The translations under genes and the position numbers were made by a program. Below the pieces are notes generated by a model. It was not told the DNA's origin and searched no databases. It worked only from the letters and a program-made list of their open reading frames with translations. DNA of 6,417 nt from Octopus sinensis (Eukaryota): assembly GCF_006345805.1 (NCBI RefSeq), contig NW_021829330.1, forward strand, positions 1-6,417. Reading direction: 5' to 3'. Of this stretch, positions 6,393 through 6,417 are shown piece after piece. Position 1 is the stretch's first letter; every line of letters starts with the position of its first letter.

Positions 6393-6417
6393 CTGATATT
6401 GCATGTGATAGCTATGA

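Overview
Eukaryotic, repeat-saturated non-coding DNA with no supportable host gene. The SINE families and microsatellite density resemble octopus/cephalopod DNA (recalled resemblance, not a database result). Bases 269-2945 are mostly TG/CA/TA microsatellites plus three pieces of one tRNA-headed SINE family. Bases 2934-3430 hold a minus-strand SINE 3' fragment and a complete minus-strand tRNA-SINE with a 13-bp target-site duplication (TSD). Bases 3431-6360 hold five plus-strand 3'-end fragments of non-LTR retrotransposons whose translations match the restriction-like endonuclease (RLE) C-terminus, most like the R4/Dong clade. They alternate with trinucleotide tracts. The best-preserved copy (4695-5320) sits inside an (AAT)n tract, the known Dong target. 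A 160-bp element with 45-bp inverted repeats interrupts the first fragment. I see no convincing new biological system. The most interesting signals are the stack of microsatellite-associated RLE elements and the oddly bounded hairpin element. All alignments and counts were done by hand.
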